A DNA stretch of 64,000 bases. It comes from Macrostomum hystrix (lineage: Eukaryota > Animalia > Platyhelminthes). Position 1 is the stretch's first letter; the number at the start of each line of letters is the position of its first letter. Under the pieces are notes generated by a model. The model did not search any database. It was given only the letters and a program-made list of their open reading frames with translations, and was not told where the DNA came from. The translations under genes were made by a program, and so were the position numbers. Below, piece by piece: positions 24,971 to 37,355 of this stretch. Location of the stretch: positions 6,696,001 through 6,760,000 of the forward strand of contig CATNEN010000034.1 of NCBI GenBank assembly GCA_950097015.1, in the 5' to 3' direction.

Positions 24971-26211
24971 GAGAGAAAGAGAAGAGTGTGGGAGAGGAGA
25001 GAGTGGGAGAAGAGAGAGTGGGAGAGGAGAGAGTGGGAGAGGAGAGAGTGGGAGAGGAAGAGAGTGGGAGAGAGAGAGTGGGAGAGGCGAGAGTGGGAGA
25101 GGCGAGAGTGGGAGAGGAGAGAGTGGGAGAGAAGAGAGTGGGAGAGGAGAGAGTGGGAGAGAAGAGAGTGGGAGAGGCGAGAGTGGGAGAGGCGAGAGTG
25201 GGAAAGGAGAGAGTGGAAGAGGAGGGAGTGGGAGAGGAGAGAGTGGGAGAGGAGAGAGTGGGAGAGGAGAGAGTGGGAGAGGAGAGAGTGGGAGAGGAGA
25301 GAGTGGGAAGGAGAGAGTGGGAGAGGAGAGAGTGGGAGAGGCGAGAGTGGGAAAGGAGGAGAGAGGGGGAGAGGAGAGAGTTGGGAGAGGCGAGAGTGGG
25401 TGAGGCGAGAGTGGGAGAGGAGAGAGTTGGGAGAGGCGAGAGTGGGAGAGGAGAGAGGGGGAGAGGAGAGAGTGTGAGAGGAGAGAGTGGGAGAGGAGAG
25501 AGGGGGAGAGGAGAGAGTGGGAGAGAAGAGAGTGAGAGAGGCGAGAGTGGGAAAGGAGAGAGTGGGAAAGGAGAGAGTGGGAAAGGAGAGAGTGGAAGAG
25601 GAGGGAGTGGGAGAGGAGAGAGTGGGAGAGGCGATAGTGGGAGAGGAGAGAGTGGGAGAGGAGAGAGTGGGAGAGGAGAGAGTTGGGAGAGGCGAGAGTG
25701 GGAGAGGCGAGAGTGGGAGAGGAGAGAGTGGGAGAGAAGAGAGTGGGAGAGGAGAGAGTTGGGAGAGGCGAGAGTGGGAGAGGAGAGAGGGGGGAGAGGA
25801 GAGAGTGGGAGAGGCGAGAGTGGGAGAGGAGAGAGGGGGAGAGGAGAGAGTGGGAGAGGAGAGAGGGGGAGAGGAGAGAGTAGGAGAGGAGAGAGGGGGG
25901 AGAGGAGAGAGTGGGAGAGAAGAGAGTGGGAGAGGCGAGAGTGGGAAAGGAGAGAGTGGGAAAGGAGAGAGTGGGAAAGGAGAGAGTGGGAAAGGAGAGA
26001 GTGGGAGAGGAGAGAGTGGGAGAGGAGAGAGTGGGAGAGGAGAGAGTGGGAGAGGAGAGAGTGGGAGAGGAGAGAGTGGGAGAGGAGAGAGTTGGGAGAG
26101 GCGAGAGTGGGAGAGGCGAGAGTGGGAGAGGAGAGAGTTGGGAGAGGCGAGAGTGGGAGAGGAGAGAGTGGGAGAGGAGAGAGTGGGAGAGGAGAGAGTG
26201 GGAGAGGCGAG
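24971..26211. repeat. 15-bp purine-rich minisatellite (gagagtgggagagga)
   Basis: About 80 copies. Confidence 0.96.
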
Positions 26212-27213
26212 TGTGGCACATCAATTGAGATATGAGATTTCATACACTTGAGTCTGATGACAATTTTAAGGAAGAATTTAGATTCATCTGGCCTAGAGAT
26301 GCTTACACAAATGCAAAACCGCGGGAAGCAAGATAAAAGCATGTTATTTGTAGTAAATTGCAGCTAGCCAGCATGAGGATCTCACTATTAATCAAGTCGA
26401 ACCCCTATCTGTGCAACAAGCTAGTACATCATTATCCCATTGAAAAAAGGTAATCTGGTGCCCCGGAGACCATATGTATTGAGAAGCCTAAAAAAATCAT
26501 TGCGAGCTTTTTCACATCTGAAAAGTCAGGCAATCGTGCTAAATGACATGGCAACACTGAGCTTATTCGGCTCTGTGCGTGTTTGAGAACATCCGAAAGG
26601 CTACTTTCACCAATTCTCCTCTGTTGAGAGAGGGCAGTGATTTTCGTGTGTAACAGTAATTTAATAGCACACTAATTCCATGCTAAATGATTGTGTATAG
26701 GTGCGCGCCTGGGTGTGACTGGCTTAACGGTTGACTGAAAACACTCCTCTAGGGGACGGCTGGACAAAAATCAAGAGTGACAACGGATCGAGAGCTACCG
26801 CCATTGTGTGCGGCCAGATCAGGGTATCGCTGGAGGGCGGGGTACACCCGGGCTGCCGCACACACTCCACTGGACACAATGGCAGTCACTTCTAGGCATC
26901 ATTGTAGATGATTATACGCCTGAACTGCTCCTTCCACTGGCTGATTAGAATCAAATGGCTATTTTTATTTAAAACAACTAACAAACAACAGGAGCCATGC
27001 AGTGCCGTTTAACATGCTGTCTAATGACTTTTTGGCTTTGAAATGGCTTGGATTAGCTTATTTTTGTTGCTTAATCAGGCGACACACTTGAAGCAAAGCA
27101 AGTCGAACTAATTCAGAAAAAACAAAGGCTTGAATAATCTAACAACTGCCAATTGCCTCTGAAAAAAAACTGCTCAGTCTTTCATTGCCCCTGCCCCTTA
27201 AGCTCCCTGCCTG

Positions 27214-28675
27214 CCTCTCCCTCCGCTCCCTTCCTCTCCTTTCCACTCCCTTCCTCTCCTTTCCGCTCCCTTCCTCTCCTTTCCGCTCCCTTCCTTTTCT
27301 TTTCACTCCCTTCCTCTCCTTTCTGCTCCCTTCCTCTCCTTTCCGCTCCCTTCCTCTCCTTTCCGCTCCCTTCCTCTCCTTTCCACTCCCTTCCTCTCCT
27401 TTCCGCTCCCTTCCTCTCCTTTCCGCTCCCTTCCTCTCCTTTCCACTCCCTTCCTCTCCTTTCCGCTCCCTTCCTCTCCTTTCCGCTCCCTTCCTCTCCT
27501 TTCCGCTCCCTTCCTCTCCTTTCCACTCCCTTCCTCTCCTTTCCGCTCCCTTCCTCTCCTTTCCGCTCCCTTCCTTTTCTTTTCACTCCCTTCCTCTCCT
27601 TTCTGCTCCCTTCCTCTCCTTTCCGCTCCCTTCCTCTCCTTTCCGCTCCCTTCCTTTTCTTTTCACTCCCTTCCTCTCCTTTCTGCTCCCTTCCTTTTCT
27701 TTTCACTCCCTTCCTCTCCTTTCTGCTCCCTTCCTCTCCTCTCCGCTCCCTTCCTCTCCTTTCCACTCCCTTCCTCTCCTTTCCGCTCCCTTCCTCTCCT
27801 TTCCACTCCCTTCCTCTCCTTTCCGCTCCCTTCCTCTCCTTTCCGCTCCCTTCCTTTTCTTTTCACTCCCTTCCTCTCCTTTCTGCTCCCTTCCTCTCCT
27901 TTCCGCTCCCTTCCTCTCCTTTCCACTCCCTTCCTCTCCTTTCCGCTCCCTTCCTCTTCTTTCCTCTCCCTTCCTCTCCTTTCCACTCCCTTCCTCTCCT
28001 TTCCGCTCCCTTCCTCTCCTTTCCGCTCCCTTCCTTTTCTTTTCACTCCCTTCCTCTCCTTTCTGCTCCCTTCCTCTCCTTTCCGCTCCCTTCCTCTCCT
28101 TTCCGCTCCCTTCCTTTTCTTTTCACTCCCTTCCTCTCCTTTCTGCTCCCTTCCTTTTCTTTTCACTCCCTTCCTCTCCTTTCTGCTCCCTTCCTCTCCT
28201 TTCCGCTCCCTTCCTCTCCTTTCTGCTCCCTTCCTCTCCTTTCCGCTCCCTTCCTCTCCTTTCCACTCCCTTCCTCTCCTTTCCGCTCCCTTCCTCTTCT
28301 TTCCTCTCCTTTCCGGTCCTTTCCTCTCCTTTCCACTCCCTTCCTCTCCTTTCCGCTCCCTTCCTCTCCTTTCCACTCCCTTCCTCTCCTTTCCGCTCCC
28401 TTCCTCTCCTTTCCGCTCCCTTCCTCTCCTTTCCACTCCCTTCCTCTCCTTTCCGCTCCCTTCCTCTCCTTTCCGCTCCCTTCCTCTCCTTTCCACTCCC
28501 TTCCTCTCCTTTCCACTCCCTTCCTCTTCTTTCCTCTCCTTTCCGGTCCTTTCCTCTCCTTTCCGCTCCCTTCCTCTTCTTTCCTCTCCTTTCCGGTCCT
28601 TTCCTCTCCTTTCCGGTCCTTTCCTCTCCTTTCCGGTCCTTTCCTCTCCTTTCCTCTCCTTTTACCTTCCTCTCC
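27214..28675. repeat. 20-bp pyrimidine-rich minisatellite (ccttcctctcctttccgctc)
   Basis: About 72 copies. Confidence 0.96.
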
Positions 28676-28982
28676 GTTTCCCTCCATTTCGTGAATCGAG
28701 TTTAAAGTCACTACAAATACTAAAAATAGTATCTAAACAGAATAACAAAAACTCTTCAATTAAATTGCCATAGACTCTTTCTACCTGGAGCAAAAGCTTA
28801 ACAACAAATTTAGAAGTGCATTTGCATGTGCTGACTTCTAACAATGAACTCACAAATCCTTGACAAGAGAAAACCTTAAATTAAGTCTAACTTAAATGTA
28901 TTGCAGGAATATTCTAAATAATTAATAACATTTGACCACCTTGATTTGCGGTAAGCAGCTTAAACTATTTTACAGATTTTAA

Positions 28983-30398
28983 TGACACTGACACTGCATA
29001 ACACTGACACTGCATAACACTGACACTGCATAACACTGACACTGCATAACACTGACACTGCATAACACTGACACTGCATAACACTGACACTGCATAACAC
29101 TGACACTGCGTAACACTGACACTGCGTAACACTGACACTGCATAACACTGACACTGCATAACACTGACACTGCATAACACTGTTATGAAACCGCATAACA
29201 CTGACACTGCATAACACTGACACTGCATAACACTGACACTGCATAACACTGACACTGCATAACTCTGACACTGCATAACACTGACACTGCATAACACTGA
29301 CACTGCATAACACTGACACTGCATAACACTGACACTACATAACACTGACACTGCATAACACTGACACTGCATAACACTGACACTGCATAACACTGACACT
29401 GCATAACACTGACACTGCATAACACTGACACTGCATAACACTGACACTGCATAACACTGACACTGCATAACACTGACACTGCATAACACTGACACTGCAT
29501 AACACTGACACTGCATAACACTGACACTGCATAACACTGACACTGCATAACACTGACACTGCATAACACTGTGCATAACACTGACACTGCATAACACTGA
29601 CACTGCATAACACTGGCACTGCATAACACTGACACTGCATAACACTGTGCATAACACTGACACTGCATAACACTGACACTGCATAACACTGACACTGCAT
29701 AACACTGACACTGCATAACACTGACACTGCATAACACTGACACTGCATAACACTGACACTGCATAACACTGACACTGCATAACACTGACACTGCATAACA
29801 CTGACACTGCATAACACTGACACTGCATAACACTGACACTGCATAACACTGACACTGCATAACACTGACACTGCATAACACTGACACTGCATAACACTGA
29901 CACTGCATAACACTGACACTGCATAACACTGACACTGCATAACACTGACACTGCATAACACTGACACTGCATAACACTGACACTGCATAACACTGACACT
30001 GCATAACACTGTGCATAACACTGACACTGCATAACACTGACACTGCATAACACTGGCACTGCATAACACTGACACTGCATAACACTGTGCATAACACTGA
30101 CACTGCATAACACTGACACTGCATAACACTGACACTGCATAACACTGACACTGCATAACACTGACACTGCATAACACTGACACTGCATAACACTGACACT
30201 GCATAACACTGACACTGCATAACACTGACACTGCATAACACTGACACTGCATAACACTGACACTGCATAACACTGACACTGCATAACACTGACACTGCAT
30301 AACACTGACACTGCATAACACTGACACTGCATAACACTGACACTGCATAACACTGACACTGCATAACACTGACACTGCATAACACTGACACTGCATAA
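28983..30398. repeat. 16-bp minisatellite (acactgcataacactg)
   Basis: About 88 highly homogeneous copies. Confidence 0.97.
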
Positions 30399-30799
30399 CT
30401 GAAGGGATTTTTCCCCTTTTAACTTAGGCATAGGAAATCGTTGTTGAAAATACACTTTGAAAAATGTGAGTGTTCCCTGCATATTAATTTTCAGTATAAA
30501 CAAAATTAGGTTCCGTCCTCGCTTGCAACACTTGAGGCAGTAAGTGGGAGGGGCCTATGCTTCCCAGGCACTGGACTCCTCCCCTTAGACTAGTGTCTAG
30601 CCAATAGGAATCGAGCTGCGCTATCATTGGCTGGAGAGATATTAGAGAGAGCAAGCATTGTTATAAAAGATGGAAAAATTTATTTTCACACTGACACTCC
30701 TCTAGTAGAATCCCAGATCTTGTCAACAACATCCCAAGAATTCCTTTGCTAATCCCATCTCAAACCATTCAACAATTGAACTCACAGACAGACTGAGCA

Positions 30800-31249
30800 A
30801 TGTTTCGCCTGCTACACCCGGCATCGCATAGGGTTAATCCCATTGCTCAAGACTTTGACTCGGGTGTGCAACTGGTCCGACTCAAACTATCCCAGCAGCA
30901 GCAGCACCAGCACCAGCTTCATCAGCTGTCAGATGCCGCGGACTATTCGCCGCCCGAGTTTCAACGGCGTGCCAGCGGCGGCTCCGCCAGCATGCTTGTC
31001 TCCGCTGACGATGTTGACATGCTGACCGACGTGATGATGACTCAGTCGCCATCCATTCATTCGCCGTCTCCGAGATTCCCCGCAGGCGCGGCTAGACGCC
31101 GACTGATGATGGACGGCATCGTCAGGGACGCCGAGGTTGGCATTGTTGACACTTCTGCGACTTTCGCCGACGGTCTGGTGTCAACACCTGTGCCATCCAT
31201 CGCCAAGTCTAACAACCGAGCAGCCACAGGCGGCAGTGCTGTCGGCGCG
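30800..31249 (+). CDS. ARHGAP19: ARHGAP19-like RhoGAP, probable exon 1 (low-complexity N-terminus)
   Basis: ATG in GC-rich coding-like sequence. Donor GCG|GTGAGT at 31249/31250, phase 0, joins the next exon in frame. Confidence 0.7.
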
Positions 31250-32033
31250 GTGAGTGCCTCAATGACAAATTTTACACCTATTATCGTGCTCAATAATGAT
31301 TGAGAAGTCGCAATCGACACTGCATCCGAATTCAACTGCATGGGATTTCGTGAATGATTTTGGCACCGATTTGGGCCTTGACGACTCACAAACCCCCCAG
31401 GCGCGAATGTTGAGCCTTCGATTCTTAGAAATTCTGCAATTTCACACTTTAAATTGAAGCTCTAAGCTTCAGGGGAATGATTTTAGTAGCCAAATTCACC
31501 TGCCAATCTTTCACAATATCCATTGTTGTCTGAACACAAAGGCGTGACAATCAATGCTTATTGCTTTCCTAACCACCCGCTGGTTAAAATCGCCCCAGAT
31601 TCGAATCCGAGACAATATCCTTGAATGATTTTGTATCGAAAATGTCCTTTATTTAAAAAATTTAGGCAACATTGCAATGTACATAGGCATATTATGGTTT
31701 GAATATATGGCTAATTTCAATTGGGACAAATACAGATCTGCAGTTTCATGGAAAATTACGCAATTCAAATTGATCATTTCGCACTCTAAAGAATAATTAG
31801 CCACACTTTAATTATCTACTGCTCTACAGGCCAATTAGACCAATTTGCAACCGTTTAAATTGTAGTGGAAATTTAAATAGGCAATTCAGCATGATAGGTG
31901 ATAAATTATCTATTGCTGTCAGACACTTATTGAATTTGCTGAAAAAAAAGTTGAATAAGTAATTAAGAACAATATTTTAAATTGAGATCCTTAAATTACC
32001 CCCCACCCCGTCATCCTAATCCCCAATCCGCAG

Positions 32034-32307
32034 GCATCGAAGCTGCAGTTGGCGGTTTCCCAGCCTGATGCGGCGGCGGCTGCCTGTTTGGACGAACTGC
32101 GACACAGTCGGCCCAGACGATTCTACGAGATCTGCCGAGTCCATCTGGCCTTCGTGACAGACGTGCCAGCAGACTTTCTGCAGGATGTCATCGACTCTTG
32201 CCAGCAGCAGCAGCAGCAGCAGCAGTCCTGCACGGCCAGAAGAACGCCATCAGCAGCTGGCAACCTTCTAGAACGAGTTTGTCGTTCAGTCAGACAGCAC
32301 ACAGCTG
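32034..32307 (+). CDS. ARHGAP19: ARHGAP19-like exon 2
   Basis: Acceptor ccgcAG. LDELRHSRPRRFYEICRVHLAFVTD resembles the ARHGAP19/RhoGAP54D N-terminal motif as I recall it. Donor G|GTGAGT, phase 1. Confidence 0.8.
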
Positions 32308-32955
32308 GTGAGTATAGCTGGCGTCATAAAATCTATACTTGATATAAAAATTAGCTGTTTACGATTTGGATAAAAAGTGCAATGCAAAAATCGCGCAGAC
32401 AGCCAACATTTATAAGTTCCTATTTATTTTTTTTCGTTTCTATATAGAGCAGTGAGCTTAGTCACCAGTTGAAGTGTTTTAATGCTTGCTGTGTTATCTA
32501 GGCAGTTTATCAAAGCGCCCCAAAGAAGCTCACACAGTCTTTGTCTGTCTCAAGGACCCCTGAATAGAAGCATCTATAGAAGCTATTTATAGAAGTCCTT
32601 GGTCTGTCTATGCCTTTCCAGGCCTGCATCAACCAAGGCCATAGGGGAAATGTCTGGCCGTTTTTCAACTGGGAAAACCCATTTGACAGATATAAATCTG
32701 GCCATTGTAATATACTGCACAGAGCAAACTGCTTCATCAGATTCCTCCCTAGTTAGGGTTCACTATTCTTCCCACAAAAAATCCCAGGTGTTTTTCTTGT
32801 AGATCCTCTAGCTATTATTCCCTAAACTGAACGAACCAGTTGAAATTTGGGGATAATGAAACTTAGCTTTCCGGTTTACAGAAGCAAAGAAACAGAATTT
32901 TCGGGGAAAAAAACCTTTAATTCTGATCCCCTATATATATGGCAGTACATATGTA

Positions 32956-33290
32956 GGGGGGTCGGTGGCAGAGCGGGTTGACGCGTTTGCCTCTTGCGCC
33001 AGGGTACCTGAGCTCGATTCCGCGACGAGGCCACATATATTTGGGGCGAAGCCGCGGAGAGAAGGCTTGGGGGCTTGTCGTGCAATTTACGCTCTCGAGA
33101 TCCAACCTTAAAGGCACAGTGAGAGTGTACACTGCTAGACGATGAGAAAGTCAGGGCAGATGTACACACCTGTGTGTGTGTGTGCTCAGGAGTCAGCGAA
33201 ACGGGCAGAATTGCCTCCTCGCTGGCTGCGGGTCTAGCGTCACCAAAACTGATGTGCCACTTGCCCGCAGCCCTCCTGCAATTATTATTA
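32956..33290 (+). mobile_element. SINE family 1, full-length least-decayed copy (RhoGAP intron 2)
   Basis: A-box TGGCAGAGCGG at 32966-32976, B-box GAGCTCGATTCC at 33010-33021, conserved body, (ATT)n tail. Confidence 0.88.
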
Positions 33291-34771
33291 TATGGCTATG
33301 CATGGGAACCCTAGTTGCTATATAAGCTTGTACTGAATAATATTGAATCGTGTTCAGATGACTGCCAAATATCTTTAGACAAATGACAAGCTGTAATAGT
33401 TTAACATCCTAGCTAATCTGGCAGTTGTCAACTCTCGTCATGCCTCAGTCGGTCCAATAAAATAAATATTGCGTCAGTCTATAGACTATAGAAATGCCTG
33501 GTTTCCAAGCCCTTAGCGTAGATTGTATCGATGATAGAGCGATCTATCCCATTGTTAATTCCCATTGTTAGGCATATGCATGTATTTGGCACTGTCGTCC
33601 CATTCAAATAGTGCTAAATAGAGCTCATATTTCTCGTATTGATTTTTCTTGGCGCATCGCCAATAGCCGGGCAATAAAAGACCCACTTCAAAGTAAGAAG
33701 AAGTGGACAGAAATTAAAAGTAGAAGCAAGGGAAATTATTTCGGCTCCAAATTCTGGACAAAATTCTGGATTTCCGCGAGAGGTTGATCTCGAAGAACTG
33801 AATGAAAGTGGGATATTTAGTCTCAAGCTCATTGTGATAAAATCAACTGGGAAGACCATTTTATGGGCAGGTGTGCCTTGGCCATATTGTATCGCTCCTG
33901 GGAAATATATGACTCCACTACAGAAATACATAAAAGCGAGATTTTATTATTTATAAGCTTTCCTGTCTTCCACGTTTCCCACTTTGGAGGGAAATATCGA
34001 GGGTCTTTGTTCCCGGCATCTAACATTAGAATGCTAGCTAGTAAGAAGAAGGTGGGGTCTTTGTTATGCCTCTCCCATCGTCTACTATTGCGACATAGGA
34101 GCAACAAGTTATTCGGTGAGACTTCCATTAAGGAAGAACTGGCCCAGGCGTTGCTTCAGTGCCGCTGGCACATCGAACTGGTCATTTCTGGGGATTTTCT
34201 GGTCTGTCGAGTTTCTTCCCTAAAAACTTTCTCCCCATCATCTATCTATACAGAAGTCTTTGTGCGGCTCTTTGTTCCGCAACACTTTCCCACAGTGTCG
34301 CTCTCTTGTCCAGCTAGCTCTTCTACTATCTAATTATCAATCAAGATCAGGCCCTCCCAAATTCACATCGCCCCCCGCTTCCCTAACCAGACAGAGTCCT
34401 AGTCCAGAGTCCGAGAGATTTGGTCAAAGATAACAACACAATGAAATGGAGTCAAGGGCCATCTGTTAACCTGTTGTCACCTTGGGGCGCGCATCACTGA
34501 GTTTGATAGCTATATAGGCCTATTCCAAACTTTTAAGTTTTCCTAACCTGTTGATCCGTAAAATCCTAATATAAAATCCTATCTATATCTATAAATGTAT
34601 TCATTTAAAGTTGAATGGCTTTAATTTATGAGTTTGACAACTCTCAACAACCCATTGTGTCGTCCATTTGTTTATAGCTTTAACATGGTTGCCCAATCTA
34701 TTAAGAAGAGAACAATTTTATTGGTTGTTCAAAGTGTTTGTAAATTTGTTATTTAAATTTATAACCCTTAG

Positions 34772-34836
34772 GGAGCTTTTAGCCCAGCTTCGGACTACTG
34801 ACCAGAGAGGTCGCGAGTTCGATTCGCAGCTCCCCT
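34772..34836 (+). other. tRNA-like fragment or SINE head
   Basis: GGGAGCT...AGCTCCC terminal stem and a GTTCGATTC T-loop/B-box. D and anticodon arms are irregular. Confidence 0.4.
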
Positions 34837-34897
34837 AGGGTAGAAATTTGGAATACAGAGCCTTTAAAAACGACGCGCAATTTTCCTCCCCCGACAG

Positions 34898-35266
34898 CGA
34901 CAGACGCCGTGGCCGCCGCCGCTGCCGCTTCTGCAATCGCCGCCGATGAAGAATCACTCAGCGACGACATCTTGGCTGGAGTTGAACGCCTGATTCGCCT
35001 GCTGGAGAGTCGCCTGGATGCCGAGGGCATCTTCCGCAAGTCTGGCCAGATCGGCAGGCAGCGTCAACTTCGCCGTCGACTGTTCACCGAAGAGCCGGCC
35101 GACAGTCAGGCCGCCAGCTGGCTGCCGGAGCTGGCTGCCGAGGCTGTGGTATCTGAACTGCGCTGTTGTGTACACGACATCGCCGGCGTGCTGAAGGCCT
35201 GCCTGGCCGACCTGCGCCAGCCGCTGCTGACTGACCGTCTGGGGCCGTATTTTCTGCAGGTAGCCG
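34898..35266 (+). CDS. ARHGAP19: RhoGAP domain exon 3
   Basis: Acceptor ttttcctcccccgacAG, phase 1. EGIFRKSG (arginine finger), HDIAGVLK, QPLLT. Donor G|GTGAGT. Confidence 0.88.
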
Positions 35267-36010
35267 GTGAGTTCACTGTTTAATTGCGCAATAGGTTTTT
35301 ATTTGAGTTTGGCGAACAGTTTTGATTTTAGAATGACACTTCTGAGAGGTGTCCACTCTGTGACATCACTTTAAAGTTTTTGTCACTGTTTCCTTTGGAT
35401 GACTAACATTAAACTAAAGCTTCTTTGGACTACTAGTAGGGCTAGACGGATGCTGTATTTCAAGTGGTGGCTGTTTGTGCCACCAATTGTTGCGCAATTA
35501 TAAGGGCCAAGCTTTTCCCCACCCTTAAGATGTTAAATTTGTCGTGAGACGGCATGTACCCCGCGGGCTAACATCTTTAGTATCTTTTTCTACCGTCAAG
35601 ACAAGACTGAATCTCTGGTCTTTGTTATTTTTCCTTTATCTGTCAATTAATTAGTATTTTTTCTTCACAAAACCAGCTCAACTTTACGAATAACAGTTTT
35701 TATTAAGCCTAGATCAATTGTGCATCTAAAAAATCAATTAAAAGACCGAGCTGTCAATCACGCTCTCTGTCCTATTTTGTCATATATTTTTAATTAGTTT
35801 TTGTTCCCGAGAAACAATTTTTATCCTAGCAACAATTCGTGATGTCGATCGCAGACTCATCAATTTCATTTTTATTGAACGAAAAGTGTTTGCATCGTGG
35901 ACTGGCTAAGTAGGTTTAGAGATAAAAATATATAAAAAATATCTCTCTATATAAAAAATCGAATTGCTTCGCTTAACATATCTCGTAACAATCCGCTCCC
36001 CAATTCTCAG

Positions 36011-36249
36011 GTTTAAATTCTCATCGCTTGGATGAGAACGGCAACCCGTTGGACGAAGCGTCCAGTTTAGCAGCGGCCCGCCAGCTGCGCGGCTTTCGAA
36101 TCCTGGTGCAGCTGCTGCCGATAAACAATCGCCGGATGCTGCGCAGCCTTCTGCAGCTGCTTTGCCAGGTGGCCAGCCTGCCGCGCACGCTTATGACGCC
36201 AGAGAACCTCGGCACAGTGTTCGGCCCCCTACTGCTGTGTCCTCGCCAG
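36011..36249 (+). CDS. ARHGAP19: RhoGAP domain exon 4
   Basis: Acceptor ttctcAG. Encodes LLPINNRRMLRSLLQLL...MTPENLGTVFGPLLL. Donor CAG|GTGAGG. Confidence 0.9.
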
Positions 36250-36261
36250 GTGAGGCCGAGT

Positions 36262-36378
36262 TAGAATCCTAGTGTCTACTTATAGAATCCAGTGTCTATT
36301 TTTAGAAGCCGGTGTCTATTTATAGAATCGGGTGTCTATTTTTAGAATCCTGTGTCTATTTTTAGAATGCACTGTCTG
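36262..36378. repeat. 20-bp intronic tandem repeat (tagaatccagtgtctattta)
   Basis: About 5-6 copies directly after the exon 4 donor. Confidence 0.8.
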
Positions 36379-36485
36379 TTATCTGTTTATTAACTCGAAT
36401 CTCTTTTTTAGAGTATTATCTCCAGTAGGAAGTTCTGGAGATTCTGTGGGGCCCAGTACATTCACATAGGCCCTATGTTTTACAT

Positions 36486-36640
36486 TGTAGCCTAGTAGGG
36501 ATCTTAGTCTAGTTTAATCGGGGGTTCGATTCCCGATTCCACAGGAACAAATTATATCAATAAGCAAGACACTTAACTCGGCCATCGCTTCATTTTACCC
36601 AGCTTTTTGAAGGGTACCCATTGGGCGCCAGCTATACATC
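36486..36640 (+). mobile_element. SINE family 2 (tRNA head plus CORE-like domain)
   Basis: tgtagcctag...ggggttcgattcccga head is shared with 50016-50088. It is followed by gcaagacacttaactc...ttttacccagc...gggtacc, which resembles the invertebrate CORE consensus. Confidence 0.6.
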
Positions 36641-36746
36641 TAGTACAGTTAGAGAAAATGTAGTCAATAAAATAGCAGTCGCCCTACGCCATAAGTTCAG
36701 CAAGCAATCGAATATAATAGCTATTGAAAATCGTGTTTTTCTTTAG

Positions 36747-36836
36747 ATGCAGAGCACGGACAACTACACTCAAGTGATTGGCCTTTGCAACGAAGCAGTC
36801 ACCTATATGATTCGCAATGCCGATGAGGTGTTTAAG
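36747..36836 (+). CDS. ARHGAP19: RhoGAP exon 5 (not in the ORF track)
   Basis: ctttAG|MQSTDNYTQVIGLCNEAVTYMIRNADEVFK|GTAAAA, 90 nt, phase 0-0. Confidence 0.85.
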
Positions 36837-36926
36837 GTAAAAAATTAAATTCCTCTTTTTTCCGATACATTCTACTTAGAACAAAAATTCAGTAGTGTCA
36901 TGAGAAATTGATCTAATCAATCGCAG

Positions 36927-37355
36927 ATTCCGGAGCACCTGATAATTGACGCTATGCGAGGCCTGGCACAGGACAGAAGTCGCTGCTGCAGCCGCAGCGT
37001 CCAGAACAGCACCGCCACCGCCGACGCTCAACGCAGCCTGGAAGCGATTGACTCCGCTGCCGACACCGACGCTGACATTGTCGAGGAGGAAGACGAAGCT
37101 GTCGATGTGTGCGTCGCTTTTGTCGACCGGACAGCGGCCAGCCAGTTGAACGGCCGCGAGTACACGCAGCTGCAGGTGGCTCAGCTGTACGCTGCTGTGC
37201 AGGCAATGCCGGACTGTTCCCGCAAGGCCGCCCTGGTTAGAAAGTTCAGCGCCGCTGCCAACGTCGCCGACGCAACGGAAGGTCCTGCTGGCAATGTCGG
37301 CGCTTCATCGTCTACAGAGCAGCGTCATCGAAGGAGGCGCCTCTGCGTGCACTGA
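36927..37355 (+). CDS. ARHGAP19: RhoGAP last exon
   Basis: tcgcAG|IPEHL. Contains YTQLQVAQLYAAVQAMPDCSRKAALVRKF, similar to the RhoGAP54D/ARHGAP19 C-terminal helix as I recall it. Stop ends at 37355. Confidence 0.82.
   Translation: MPEHLIIDAMRGLAQDRSRCCSRSVQNSTATADAQRSLEAIDSAADTDADIVEEEDEAVDVCVAFVDRTAASQLNGREYTQLQVAQLYAAVQAMPDCSRKAALVRKFSAAANVADATEGPAGNVGASSSTEQRHRRRRLCVH

Noticed and set aside
22631-30503. Long ORFs (300-510 aa) such as MGKETE-, WERRE-, PLPSSPF- and MQCQCYAVSVLCSVSV-repeat proteins
   Set aside because: They are stop-free readings of tandem repeats in several frames on both strands, with no splice or domain support.
33125-33165. GACGATGAGAAAGTC (CTGACGA...GAAA in sister copies) in the SINE body as a hammerhead
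   Set aside because: There is no room for stem II or stem III. It is better explained as a plain hairpin loop.
33213-33226. GCCTCCTCGCTGGC, identical to the HDV genomic ribozyme P3/L3 core, inside the SINE
   Set aside because: There is no upstream P1 partner, no P1.1 GG after the P1 position, and no P2 or J4/2. The downstream sequence forms a simple hairpin instead.
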